The notes below the pieces were generated by a model. It ran no database searches, had not been told where the DNA came from, and saw only the letters and a program-made list of their open reading frames with translations. From Eledone cirrhosa (Eukaryota): DNA of 64,000 nucleotides. This document shows positions 51,501 to 64,000 of this stretch, in pieces (position 1 is the first letter of the stretch; every line of letters begins with the position of its first letter). The DNA is taken from positions 209,684,001-209,748,000 of the forward strand of contig OZ024741.1 in NCBI GenBank assembly GCA_964016885.1, given 5' to 3'. Made by a program: the position numbers and the translations under genes.

Positions 51501-54500
51501 CAACCTAACTTAACCCTAACTTAACTTAACCGCAACTTAACTTAACCGCAACTTAGCTTAACCCCAACCCTTAGTGGGATCGATCTGTAATTACTGGTAC
51601 ATGTGCAGACACTCATTGGCTGTGTGTGGCCTGATTTTCAGAAAGATATCTCCGTAAAATAACGAGTGGTGGCTGCGTAAAATAATGAATTACGCACGAA
51701 AATGAGAAAATTTCGATTCTCGATCGTGGGCCGGCCGGATGTCGGATCGATTCGTAAATACAAGGATAATGTGCGGACACTCCTTGGCTGTGTGCGGCAT
51801 GATTTTCAGGACGATATCTCCGTAAAATCAAGAGTTGATAACCCCAACTTAACTTAACCCCAACTTAACTTAACCGCAACTTAACTTAACCGCAACCTAA
51901 CTTAACCCCAACTTAACTTAACCGCAACCTAACTTAACCCAAACTTAAGTTAACCGCAACTTAACTTAACCCCAACCTAACTTAACCCCAACTTAACTTA
52001 ACCGCAGCTTAACTTAACCGCAACCTAACTTAACCCCAACTTAACTTAACCGCAACTTAACCCCAACTTAGCTTAACCCCAACCCTTGGTGGGATCGATC
52101 TGTAATTACTGGTACATGTGCAGACACTCATTGGCTGTGTGTGGCCTGATTTTTAGAAAGATATCTCCGTAAAATAACGAGTGGTGGCTGCGTAAAATAA
52201 TGAATTACGCACGAAAATGAGAAAATTTCGATTCTCGATCGTGGGCCGGCCGGATGTCGGATCGATTCGTAAATACAAGGATAATGTGCGGACACTCCTT
52301 GGCTGTGTGCGGCATGATTTTCAGGACGATATCTCCGTAAAATCAAGAGTTGATAACCCCAACTTAACTTAACCCCAACTTAACTTAACCGCAACTTTAA
52401 TTAACCGCAACCTAACTTAACCCCGACTTAACTTAACCGCAACCTAACTTAACCCCAACTTAACTTAACCCCAACTTAACTTAACCCCAACCTAACTTAA
52501 CCCCAACTTAACTTAACCGCAACTTAACTTAACCGCAACCTAACTTAACCCCAACTTAACTTAACCGCAACTTAACTTAACCGCAACTTAGCTTAACCCC
52601 AACCCTTGGTGGGATCGATCTGTAATTACTGGTACATGTGCAGACACTCATTGGCTGTGTGTGGCCTGATTTTCAGAAAGATATCTCCGTAAAATAACGA
52701 GTGGTGGCTGCGTAAAATAATGAATTACGCACGAAAATGAGAAAATTTCGATTCTCGATCGTGGGCCGGCCGGATGTCGGATCGATTCGTAAATACAAGG
52801 ATAATGTGCGGACACTCCTTGGCTGTGTGCGGCATGATTTTCAGGACGATATCTCCGTAAAATCAAGAGTTGATAACCCCAACTTAACTTAACCCCAACT
52901 TAACTTAACCGCAACTTAACTTAACCGCAACCTAACTTAACCCCAACTTAACTTAACCGCAACCTAACTTAACCCCAACTTAACTTAACCGCAACTTAAC
53001 TTAACCCCAACCTAACTTAACCCCAACTTAACTTAACCGCAACTTAACTTAACCGCAACCTAACTTAACCCCAACTTAACTTAACCGCAACTTAACTTAA
53101 CCGCAACTTAGCTTAACCCCAACCCTTGGTGGGATCGATCTGTAATTACTGGTATATGTGCAGACACTCATTGGCTGTATGTGGCCTGATTTTCAGAAAG
53201 ATATCTCCGTAAAATAACGAGTGGTGGCTGCGTAAAATAATGAATTACGCACGAAAATGAGAAAATTTCGATTCTCGATCGTGGGCCGACCGGATGTCGG
53301 ATCGATTCGTAAATACAAGGATAATGTGCGGACACTCCTTGGCTGTGTGCCGCATGATTTTCAGGACGATATCTCCGTAAAATCAAGAGTTGATAACCCC
53401 AACTTAACTTAACCCCAACTTAACTTAACCCCAACTTAACTTAACCCCAACTTAACTTAACCGCAACTTAACTTAACCGCAACCTAACTTAACCCCAACT
53501 TAGCTTAACCGCAACTTAACTTAACCCCAACCTAACTTAACCCCAACTTAACTTAACCGCAACTTAACTTAACCGCAACCTAACTTAACCCCAACTTAAC
53601 TTAACCGCAACTTAACTTAACCGCAACTTAGCTTAACCCCAACCCTTGGTGGGATCGATCTGTAATTACTGGTACATGTGCAGACACTCATTGGCTGTGT
53701 GTGGCCTGATTTTCAGAAAGATATCTCCGTAAAATAACGAGTGGTGGCTGCGTAAAATAATGAATTACGCACGAAAATGAGAAAATTTCGATTCTCGATC
53801 GTGGGCCGGCCGGATGTCGGATCGATTCGTAAATACAAGGATAATGTGCGGACACTCCTTGGCTGTGTGCGGCATGATTTTCAGGACGATATCTCCGTAA
53901 AATCAAGAGTTGATAACCCCAACTTAACTTAACCCCAACTTAACTTAACCGCAACTTAACTTAACCGCAACCTAACTTAACCCCAACTTAACTTAACCGC
54001 AACCTAACTTAACCCCAACTTAACTTAACCGCAACTTAACTTAACCCCAACCTAACTTAACCCCAACTTAACTTAACCGCAACTTAACTTAACCGCAACC
54101 TAACTTAACCCTAACTTAACTTAACCGCAACTTAACTTAACCGCAACTTAGCTTAACCCTAACCCTTGGTGGGATCGATCTGTAATTACTGGTACATGTG
54201 CAGACACTCATTGGCTGTGTGTGGCCTGATTTCCAGAAAGATATCTCCGTAAAATAACGAGTGGTGGCTGCGTAAAATAATGAATTACGCACGAAAATGA
54301 GAAAATTTCGATTCTCGATCGTGGGCCGGCCGGATGTCGGATCGATTCGTAAATACAAGGATAATGTGCGGACACTCCTTGGCTGTGTGCGGCATGATTT
54401 TCAGGACGATATCTCCGTAAAATCAAGAGTTGATAACCCCAACTTAACTTAACCGCAACTTAACTTAACCGCAACCTAACTTAACCCTAACTTAACTTAA

Positions 54501-57500
54501 CCGCAACTTAACTTAACCGCAACTTAGCTTAACCCCAACCCTTAGTGGGATCGATCTGTAATTACTGGTACATGTGCAGACACTCATTGGCTGTGTGTGG
54601 CCTGATTTTCAGAAAGATATCTCCGTAAAATAACGAGTGGTGGCTGCGTAAAATAATGAATTACGCACGAAAATGAGAAAATTTCGATTCTCGATCGTGG
54701 GCCGGCCGGATGTCGGATCGATTCGTAAATACAAGGATAATGTGCGGACACTCCTTGGCTGTGTGCGGCATGATTTTCAGGACGATATCTCCGTAAAATC
54801 AAGAGTTGATAACCCCAACTTAACTTAACCCCAACTTAACTTAACCGCAACTTAACTTAACCGCAACCTAACTTAACCCCAACTTAACTTAACCGCAATC
54901 TAACTTAACCCAAACTTAAGTTAACCGCAACTTAACTTAACCCCAACCTAACTTAACCCCAACTTAACTTAACCGCAGCTTAACTTAACCGCAACCTAAC
55001 TTAACCCCAACTTAACTTAACCGCAACTTAACCCCAACTTAGCTTAACCCCAACCCTTGGTGGGATCGATCTGTAATTACTGGTACATGTGCAGACACTC
55101 ATTGGCTGTGTGTGGCCTGATTTTTAGAAAGATATCTCCGTAAAATAACGAGTGGTGGCTGCGTAAAATAATGAATTACGCACGAAAATGAGAAAATTTC
55201 GATTCTCGATCGTGGGCCGGCCGGATGTCGGATCGATTCGTAAATACAAGGATAATGTGCGGACACTCCTTGGCTGTGTGCGGCATGATTTTCAGGACGA
55301 TATCTCCGTAAAATCAAGAGTTGATAACCCCAACTTAACTTAACCCCAACTTAACTTAACCGCAACTTTAATTAACCGCAACCTAACTTAACCCCGACTT
55401 AACTTAACCGCAACCTAACTTAACCCCAACTTAACTTAACCCCAACTTAACTTAACCCCAACCTAACTTAACCCCAACTTAACTTAACCGCAACTTAACT
55501 TAACCGCAACCTAACTTAACCCCAACTTAACTTAACCGCAACTTAACTTAACCGCAACTTAGCTTAACCCCAACCCTTGGTGGGATCGATCTGTAATTAC
55601 TGGTACATGTGCAGACACTCATTGGCTGTGTGTGGCCTGATTTTCAGAAAGATATCTCCGTAAAATAACGAGTGGTGGCTGCGTAAAATAATGAATTACG
55701 CACGAAAATGAGAAAATTTCGATTCTCGATCGTGGGCCGGCCGGATGTCGGATCGATTCGTAAATACAAGGATAATGTGCGGACACTCCTTGGCTGTGTG
55801 CGGCATGATTTTCAGGACGATATCTCCGTAAAATCAAGAGTTGATAACCCCAACTTAACTTAACCCCAACTTAACTTAACCGCAACTTAACTTAACCGCA
55901 ACCTAACTTAACCCCAACTTAACTTAACCGCAACCTAACTTAACCCCAACTTAACTTAACCGCAACTTAACTTAACCCCAACCTAACTTAACCCCAACTT
56001 AACTTAACCGCAACTTAACTTAACCGCAACCTAACTTAACCCCAACTTAACTTAACCGCAACTTAACTTAACCGCAACTTAGCTTAACCCCAACCCTTGG
56101 TGGGATCGATCTGTAATTACTGGTATATGTGCAGACACTCATTGGCTGTGTGTGGCCTGATTTTCAGAAAGATATCTCCGTAAAATAACGAGTGGTGGCT
56201 GCGTAAAATAATGAATTACGCACGAAAATGAGAAAATTTCGATTCTCGATCGTGGGCCGGCCGGATGTCGGATCGATTCGTAAATACAAGGATAATGTGC
56301 GGACACTCCTTGGCTGTGTGCGGCATGATTTTCAGGACGATATCTCCGTAAAATCAAGAGTTGATAACCCCAACTTAACTTAACCCCAACTTAACTTAAC
56401 CGCAACTTAACTTAACCGCAACCTAACTTAACCCCAACTTAACTTAACCGCAACCTAACTTAACCCAAACTTAAGTTAACCGCAACTTAACTTAACCCCA
56501 ACCTAACTTAACCCCAACTTAACTTAACCGCAGCTTAACTTAACCGCAACCTAACTTAACCCCAACTTAACTTAACCGCAACTTAACCCCAACTTAGCTT
56601 AACCCCAACCCTTGGTGGGATCGATCTGTAATTACTGGTACATGTGCAGACACTCATTGGCTGTGTGTGGCCTGATTTTTAGAAAGATATCTCCGTAAAA
56701 TAACGAGTGGTGGCTGCGTAAAATAATGAATTACGCACGAAAATGAGAAAATTTCGATTCTCGATCGTGGGCCGGCCGGATGTCGGATCGATTCGTAAAT
56801 ACAAGGATAATGTGCGGACACTCCTTGGCTGTGTGCGGCATGATTTTCAGGACGATATCTCCGTAAAATCAAGAGTTGATAACCCCAACTTAACTTAACC
56901 CCAACTTAACTTAACCGCAACTTTAATTAACCGCAACCTAACTTAACCCCGACTTAACTTAACCGCAACCTAACTTAACCCCAACTTAACTTAACCCCAA
57001 CTTAACTTAACCCCAACCTAACTTAACCCCAACTTAACTTAACCGCAACTTAACTTAACCGCAACCTAACTTAACCCCAACTTAACTTAACCGCAACTTA
57101 ACTTAACCGCAACTTAGCTTAACCCCAACCCTTGGTGGGATCGATCTGTAATTACTGGTACATGTGCAGACACTCATTGGCTGTGTGTGGCCTGATTTTC
57201 AGAAAGATATCTCCGTAAAATAACGAGTGGTGGCTGCGTAAAATAATGAATTACGCACGAAAATGAGAAAATTTCGATTCTCGATCGTGGGCCGGCCGGA
57301 TGTCGGATCGATTCGTAAATACAAGGATAATGTGCGGACACTCCTTGGCTGTGTGCGGCATGATTTTCAGGACGATATCTCCGTAAAATCAAGAGTTGAT
57401 AACCCCAACTTAACTTAACCCCAACTTAACTTAACCGCAACTTAACTTAACCGCAACCTAACTTAACCCCAACTTAACTTAACCGCAACCTAACTTAACC

Positions 57501-60500
57501 CCAACTTAACTTAACCGCAACTTAACTTAACCCCAACCTAACTTAACCCCAACTTAACTTAACCGCAACTTAACTTAACCGCAACCTAACTTAACCCCAA
57601 CTTAACTTAACCGCAACTTAACTTAACCGCAACTTAGCTTAACCCCAACCCTTGGTGGGATCGATCTGTAATTACTGGTATATGTGCAAACACTCATTGG
57701 CTGTGTGTGGCCTGATTTTCAGAAAGATATCTCCGTAAAATAACGAGTGGTGGCTGCGTAAAATAATGAATTACGCACGAAAATGAGAAAATTTCGATTC
57801 TCGATCGTGGGCCGACCGGATGTCGGATCGATTCGTAAATACAAGGATAATGTGCGGACACTCCTTGGCTGTGTGCCGCATGATTTTCAGGACGATATCT
57901 CCGTAAAATCAAGAGTTGATAACCCCAACTTAACTTAACCCCAACTTAACTTAACCGCAACTTAACTTAACCGCAACCTAACTTAACCCCAACTTAACTT
58001 AACCGCAACCTAACTTAACCCCAACTTAACTTAACCGCAACTTAACTTAACCCCAACCTAACTTAACCCCAACTTAACTTAACCGCAACTTAACTTAACC
58101 GCAACCTAACTTAACCCTAACTTAACTTAACCGCAACTTAACTTAACCGCAACTTAGCTTAACCCTAACCCTTGGTGGGATCGATCTGTAATTACTGGTA
58201 CATGTGCAGACACTCATTGGCTGTGTGTGGCCTGATTTCCAGAAAGATATCTCCGTAAAATAACGAGTGGTGGCTGCGTAAAATAATGAATTACGCACGA
58301 AAATGAGAAAATTTCGATTCTCGATCGTGGGCCGGCCGGATGTCGGATCGATTCGTAAATACAAGGATAATGTGCGGACACTCCTTGGCTGTGTGCGGCA
58401 TGATTTTCAGGACGATATCTCCGTAAAATCAAGAGTTGATAACCCCAACTTAACTTAACCGCAACTTAACTTAACCGCAACCTAACTTAACCCTAACTTA
58501 ACTTAACCGCAACTTAACTTAACCGCAACTTAGCTTAACCCCAACCCTTAGTGGGATCGATCTGTAATTACTGGTACATGTGCAGACACTCATTGGCTGT
58601 GTGTGGCCTGATTTTCAGAAAGATATCTCCGTAAAATAACGAGTGGTGGCTGCGTAAAATAATGAATTACGCACGAAAATGAGAAAATTTCGATTCTCGA
58701 TCGTGGGCCGGCCGGATGTCGGATCGATTCGTAAATACAAGGATAATGTGCGGACACTCCTTGGCTGTGTGCGGCATGATTTTCAGGACGATATCTCCGT
58801 AAAATCAAGAGTTGATAACCCCAACTTAACTTAACCCCAACTTAACTTAACCGCAACTTAACTTAACCGCAACCTAACTTAACCCCAACTTAACTTAACC
58901 GCAATCTAACTTAACCCAAACTTAAGTTAACCGCAACTTAACTTAACCCCAACCTAACTTAACCCCAACTTAACTTAACCGCAGCTTAACTTAACCGCAA
59001 CCTAACTTAACCCCAACTTAACTTAACCGCAACTTAACCCCAACTTAGCTTAACCCCAACCCTTGGTGGGATCGATCTGTAATTACTGGTACATGTGCAG
59101 ACACTCATTGGCTGTGTGTGGCCTGATTTTTAGAAAGATATCTCCGTAAAATAACGAGTGGTGGCTGCGTAAAATAATGAATTACGCACGAAAATGAGAA
59201 AATTTCGATTCTCGATCGTGGGCCGGCCGGATGTCGGATCGATTCGTAAATACAAGGATAATGTGCGGGCACTCCTTGGCTGTGTGCGGCATGATTTTCA
59301 GGACGATATCTCCGTAAAATCAAGAGTTGATAACCCCAACTTAACTTAACCCCAACTTAACTTAACCGCAACTTTACTTAACCGCAACCTAACTTAACCC
59401 CAACTTAACTTAACCGCAACCTAACTTAACCCCAACTTAACTTAACCCCAACTTAACTTAACCCCAACCTAACTTAACCCCAACTTAACTTAACCGCAAC
59501 TTAACTTAACCGCAACCTAACTTAACCCCAACTTAAATTAACCGCAACTTAACTTAACCGCAACTTAGCTTAACCCCAACCCTTGGTGGGATCGATCTGT
59601 AATTACTGGTACATGTGCAGACACTCATTGGCTGTGTGTGGCCTGATTTTCAGAAAGATATCTCCGTAAAATAACGAGTGGTGGCTGCGTAAAATAATGA
59701 ATTACGCACGAAAATGAGAAAATTTCGATTCTCGATCGTGGGCCGGCCGGATGTCGGATCGATTCGTAAATACAAGGATAATGTGCGGACACTCCTTGGC
59801 TGTGTGCGGCATGATTTTCAGGACGATATCTCCGTAAAATCAAGAGTTGATAACCCCAACTTAACTTAACCCCAACTTAACTTAACCGCAACTTAACTTA
59901 ACCGCAACCTAACTTAACCCCAACTTAACTTAACCGCAACCTAACTTAACCCCAACTTAACTTAACCGCAACTTAACTTAACCCCAACTTAACTTAACCC
60001 CAACTTAACTTAACCGCAACTTAACTTAACCGCAACCTAACTTAACCCCAACTTAACTTAACCGCAACTTAACTTAACCGCAACTTAGCTTAACCCCAAC
60101 CCTTGGTGGGATCGATCTGTAATTACTGGTATATGTGCAGACACTCATTGGCTGTGTGTGGCCTGATTTTCAGAAAGATATCTCCGTAAAATAACGAGTG
60201 GTGGCTGCGTAAAATAATGAATTACGCACGAAAATGAGAAAATTTCCATTCTCGATCGTGGGCCGGCCGGATGTCGGATCGATTCGTAAATACAAGGATA
60301 ATGTGCGGACACTCCTTGGCTGTGTGCGGCATGATTTTCAGGACGATATCTCCGTAAAATCAAGAGTTGATAACCCCAACTTAACTTAACCCCAACTTAA
60401 CTTAACCGCAACTTAACTTAACCGCAACCTAACTTAACCCCAACTTAACTTAACCGCAACTTAACTTAACCCCAACCTAACTTAACCCCAACTTAACTTA

Positions 60501-63500
60501 ACCGCAACTTAACTTAACCGCAACCTAACTTAACCCCAACTTAACTTAACCGCAACTTAACTTAACCGCAACTTAGCTTAACCCCAACCCTTGGTGGGAT
60601 CGATCTGTAATTACTGGTACATGTGCAGACACTCATTGGCTGTGTGTGGCCTGATTTTGAGAAAGATATCTCCGTAAAATAACGAGTGGTGGCTGCGTAA
60701 AATAATGAATTACGCACGAAAATGAGAAAATTTCGATTCTCGATCGTGGGCCGGCCGGATGTCGGATCGATTCGTAAATACAAGGATAATGTGCGGACAC
60801 TCCTTGGCTGTGTGCGGCATGATTTTCAGGACGATATCTCCGTAAAATCAAGAGTTGATAACCCCAACTTAACTTAACCCCAACTTAACTTAACCCCAAC
60901 TTAACTTAACCCCAACTTAACTTAACCGCAACTTAACTTAACCGCAACCTAACTTAACCCCAACTTAGCTTAACCGCAACTTAACTTAACCCCAACCTAA
61001 CTTAACCCCAACTTAACTTAACCGCAACTTAACTTAACCGCAACCTAACTTAACCCCAACTTAACTTAACCGCAACTTAACTTAACCGCAACTTAGCTTA
61101 ACCCCAACCCTTGGTGGGATCGATCTGTAATTACTGGTACATGTGCAGACACTCATTGGCTGTGTGTGGCCTGATTTTCAGAAAGATATCTCCGTAAAAT
61201 AACGAGTGGTGGCTGCGTAAAATAATGAATTACGCACGAAAATGAGAAAATTTCGATTCTCGATCGTGGGCCGGCCGGATGTCGGATCGATTCGTAAATA
61301 CAAGGATAATGTGCGGACACTCCTTGGCTGTGTGCGGCATGATTTTCAGGACGATATCTCCGTAAAATCAAGAGTTGATAACCCCAACTTAACTTAACCC
61401 CAACTTAACTTAACCGCAACTTAACTTAACCGCAACCTAACTTAACCCCAACTTAACTTAACCGCAACCTAACTTAACCCCAACTTAACTTAACCGCAAC
61501 TTAACTTAACCCCAACCTAACTTAACCCCAACTTAACTTAACCGCAACTTAACTTAACCGCAACCTAACTTAACCCTAACTTAACTTAACCGCAACTTAA
61601 CTTAACCGCAACTTAGCTTAACCCTAACCCTTGGTGGGATCGATCTGTAATTACTGGTACATGTGCAGACACTCATTGGCTGTGTGTGGCCTGATTTCCA
61701 GAAAGATATCTCCGTAAAATAACGAGTGGTGGCTGCGTAAAATAATGAATTACGCACGAAAATGAGAAAATTTCGATTCTCGATCGTGGGCCGGCCGGAT
61801 GTCGGATCGATTCGTAAATACAAGGATAATGTGCGGACACTCCTTGGCTGTGTGCGGCATGATTTTCAGGACGATATCTCCGTAAAATCAAGAGTTGATA
61901 ACCCCAACTTAACTTAACCGCAACTTAACTTAACCGCAACCTAACTTAACCCTAACTTAACTTAACCGCAACTTAACTTAACCGCAACTTAGCTTAACCC
62001 CAACCCTTAGTGGGATCGATCTGTAATTACTGGTACATGTGCAGACACTCATTGGCTGTGTGTGGCCTGATTTTCAGAAAGATATCTCCGTAAAATAACG
62101 AGTGGTGGCTGCGTAAAATAATGAATTACGCACGAAAATGAGAAAATTTCGATTCTCGATCGTGGGCCGGCCGGATGTCGGATCGATTCGTAAATACAAG
62201 GATAATGTGCGGACACTCCTTGGCTGTGTGCGGCATGATTTTCAGGACGATATCTCCGTAAAATCAAGAGTTGATAACCCCAACTTAACTTAACCCCAAC
62301 TTAACTTAACCGCAACTTAACTTAACCGCAACCTAACTTAACCCCAACTTAACTTAACCGCAACCTAACTTAACCCAAACTTAAGTTAACCGCAACTTAA
62401 CTTAACCCCAACCTAACTTAACCCCAACTTAACTTAACCGCAGCTTAACTTAACCGCAACCTAACTTAACCCCAACTTAACTTAACCGCAACTTAACCCC
62501 AACTTAGCTTAACCCCAACCCTTGGTGGGATCGATCTGTAATTACTGGTACATGTGCAGACACTCATTGGCTGTGTGTGGCCTGATTTTTAGAAAGATAT
62601 CTCCGTAAAATAACGAGTGGTGGCTGCGTAAAATAATGAATTACGCACGAAAATGAGAAAATTTCGATTCTCGATCGTGGGCCGGCCGGATGTCGGATCG
62701 ATTCGTAAATACAAGGATAATGTGCGGACACTCCTTGGCTGTGTGCGGCATGATTTTCAGGACGATATCTCCGTAAAATCAAGAGTTGATAACCCCAACT
62801 TAACTTAACCCCAACTTAACTTAACCGCAACTTTAATTAACCGCAACCTAACTTAACCCCGACTTAACTTAACCGCAACCTAACTTAACCCCAACTTAAC
62901 TTAACCCCAACTTAACTTAACCCCAACCTAACTTAACCCCAACTTAACTTAACCGCAACTTAACTTAACCGCAACCTAACTTAACCCCAACTTAACTTAA
63001 CCGCAACTTAACTTAACCGCAACTTAGCTTAACCCCAACCCTTGGTGGGATCGATCTGTAATTACTGGTACATGTGCAGACACTCATTGGCTGTGTGTGG
63101 CCTGATTTTCAGAAAGATATCTCCGTAAAATAACGAGTGGTGGCTGCGTAAAATAATGAATTACGCACGAAAATGAGAAAATTTCGATTCTCGATCGTGG
63201 GCCGGCCGGATGTCGGATCGATTCGTAAATACAAGGATAATGTGCGGACACTCCTTGGCTGTGTGCGGCATGATTTTCAGGACGATATCTCCGTAAAATC
63301 AAGAGTTGATAACCCCAACTTAACTTAACCCCAACTTAACTTAACCGCAACTTAACTTAACCGCAACCTAACTTAACCCCAACTTAACTTAACCGCAACC
63401 TAACTTAACCCCAACTTAACTTAACCGCAACTTAACTTAACCCCAACCTAACTTAACCCCAACTTAACTTAACCGCAACTTAACTTAACCGCAACCTAAC

Positions 63501-64000
63501 TTAACCCCAACTTAACTTAACCGCAACTTAACTTAACCGCAACTTAGCTTAACCCCAACCCTTGGTGGGATCGATCTGTAATTACTGGTATATGTGCAGA
63601 CACTCATTGGCTGTATGTGGCCTGATTTTCAGAAAGATATCTCCGTAAAATAACGAGTGGTGGCTGCGTAAAATAATGAATTACGCACGAAAATGAGAAA
63701 ATTTCGATTCTCGATCGTGGGCCGACCGGATGTCGGATCGATTCGTAAATACAAGGATAATGTGCGGACACTCCTTGGCTGTGTGCCGCATGATTTTCAG
63801 GACGATATCTCCGTAAAATCAAGAGTTGATAACCCCAACTTAACTTAACCCCAACTTAACTTAACCCCAACTTAACTTAACCCCAACTTAACTTAACCGC
63901 AACTTAACTTAACCGCAACCTAACTTAACCCCAACTTAGCTTAACCGCAACTTAACTTAACCCCAACCTAACTTAACCCCAACTTAACTTAACCGCAACT
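48590..64000. repeat. Long-range duplication, offset 10468 then 10436 bp (48590-53564 vs 59058-64000)
   Basis: Shared variants: GCGGGCAC (48637/59105), TTCCAT (49677/60145), TTTGAG (50197/60633), GCTGTAT+GCCGACC (53168/63604). The offset drops by 32 bp at the 488-bp monomer ending near 60860. Confidence 0.9.
50424..56365. repeat. 6-monomer HOR, period 2971 bp, ~2 copies
   Basis: Pairs: 50717/53688, 51237/54208 (TTTCCAG), 51613/54584 (376-bp monomer), 52128/55099 (515-bp monomer). Confidence 0.9.

Larger units (their letters stand above)
1..64000. repeat. Tandem satellite DNA array, composite ~520-bp monomer, 124 core copies, all in one orientation, running off both window ends
   Basis: A near-identical core recurs at a modal spacing of 520 bp (ORF-track starts 259, 779, 1299, 1819, 2339 ... 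63604, plus three stop-carrying copies near 5915, 10515 and 36172). I saw no unique sequence or inversion anywhere. Confidence 0.99.

Noticed and set aside
1-64000. CRISPR-like alternation of repeat and spacer
   Set aside because: The intervening segments are near-identical rather than unique, the unit sizes (246/274 bp) are far from CRISPR dimensions, and there are no cas genes.
1-64000. Pure assembly or concatemer artefact
   Set aside because: Monomers carry structured, hierarchically shared SNPs and unit-quantised length variants, which is not expected from re-reading a single template. Individual HOR copy numbers still need read validation.

Overview
The entire 64-kb window is one head-to-tail satellite DNA array with no genes, RNA genes or intact mobile elements. 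It holds 124 copies (hand count) of a composite monomer with a modal length of 520 bp. Each monomer has two parts: a strand-asymmetric minisatellite of usually 15 x 16-bp units (AAC[T/C]TAACTTAACC[C/G]C; minus strand telomere-like, containing TTAGG and TTAGGTTGGGG) in a fixed variant order, and a ~274-bp CpG- and palindrome-rich core that is itself an old ~167-168-bp-period duplication. Monomer length varies (376-707 bp) almost entirely by whole 16-bp units or one 5-bp sub-unit. Shared SNPs and length variants reveal nested higher-order repeats (HORs) of 1040, 1336, 2232, 2971, 3939, 4600, 9321 and ~10440 bp. The repeated 72-aa ORF is a by-product of the repeat. The array is most plausibly eukaryotic heterochromatin (centromeric, subtelomeric or interstitial-telomeric, possibly from an arthropod), but the host and function cannot be established from sequence alone.
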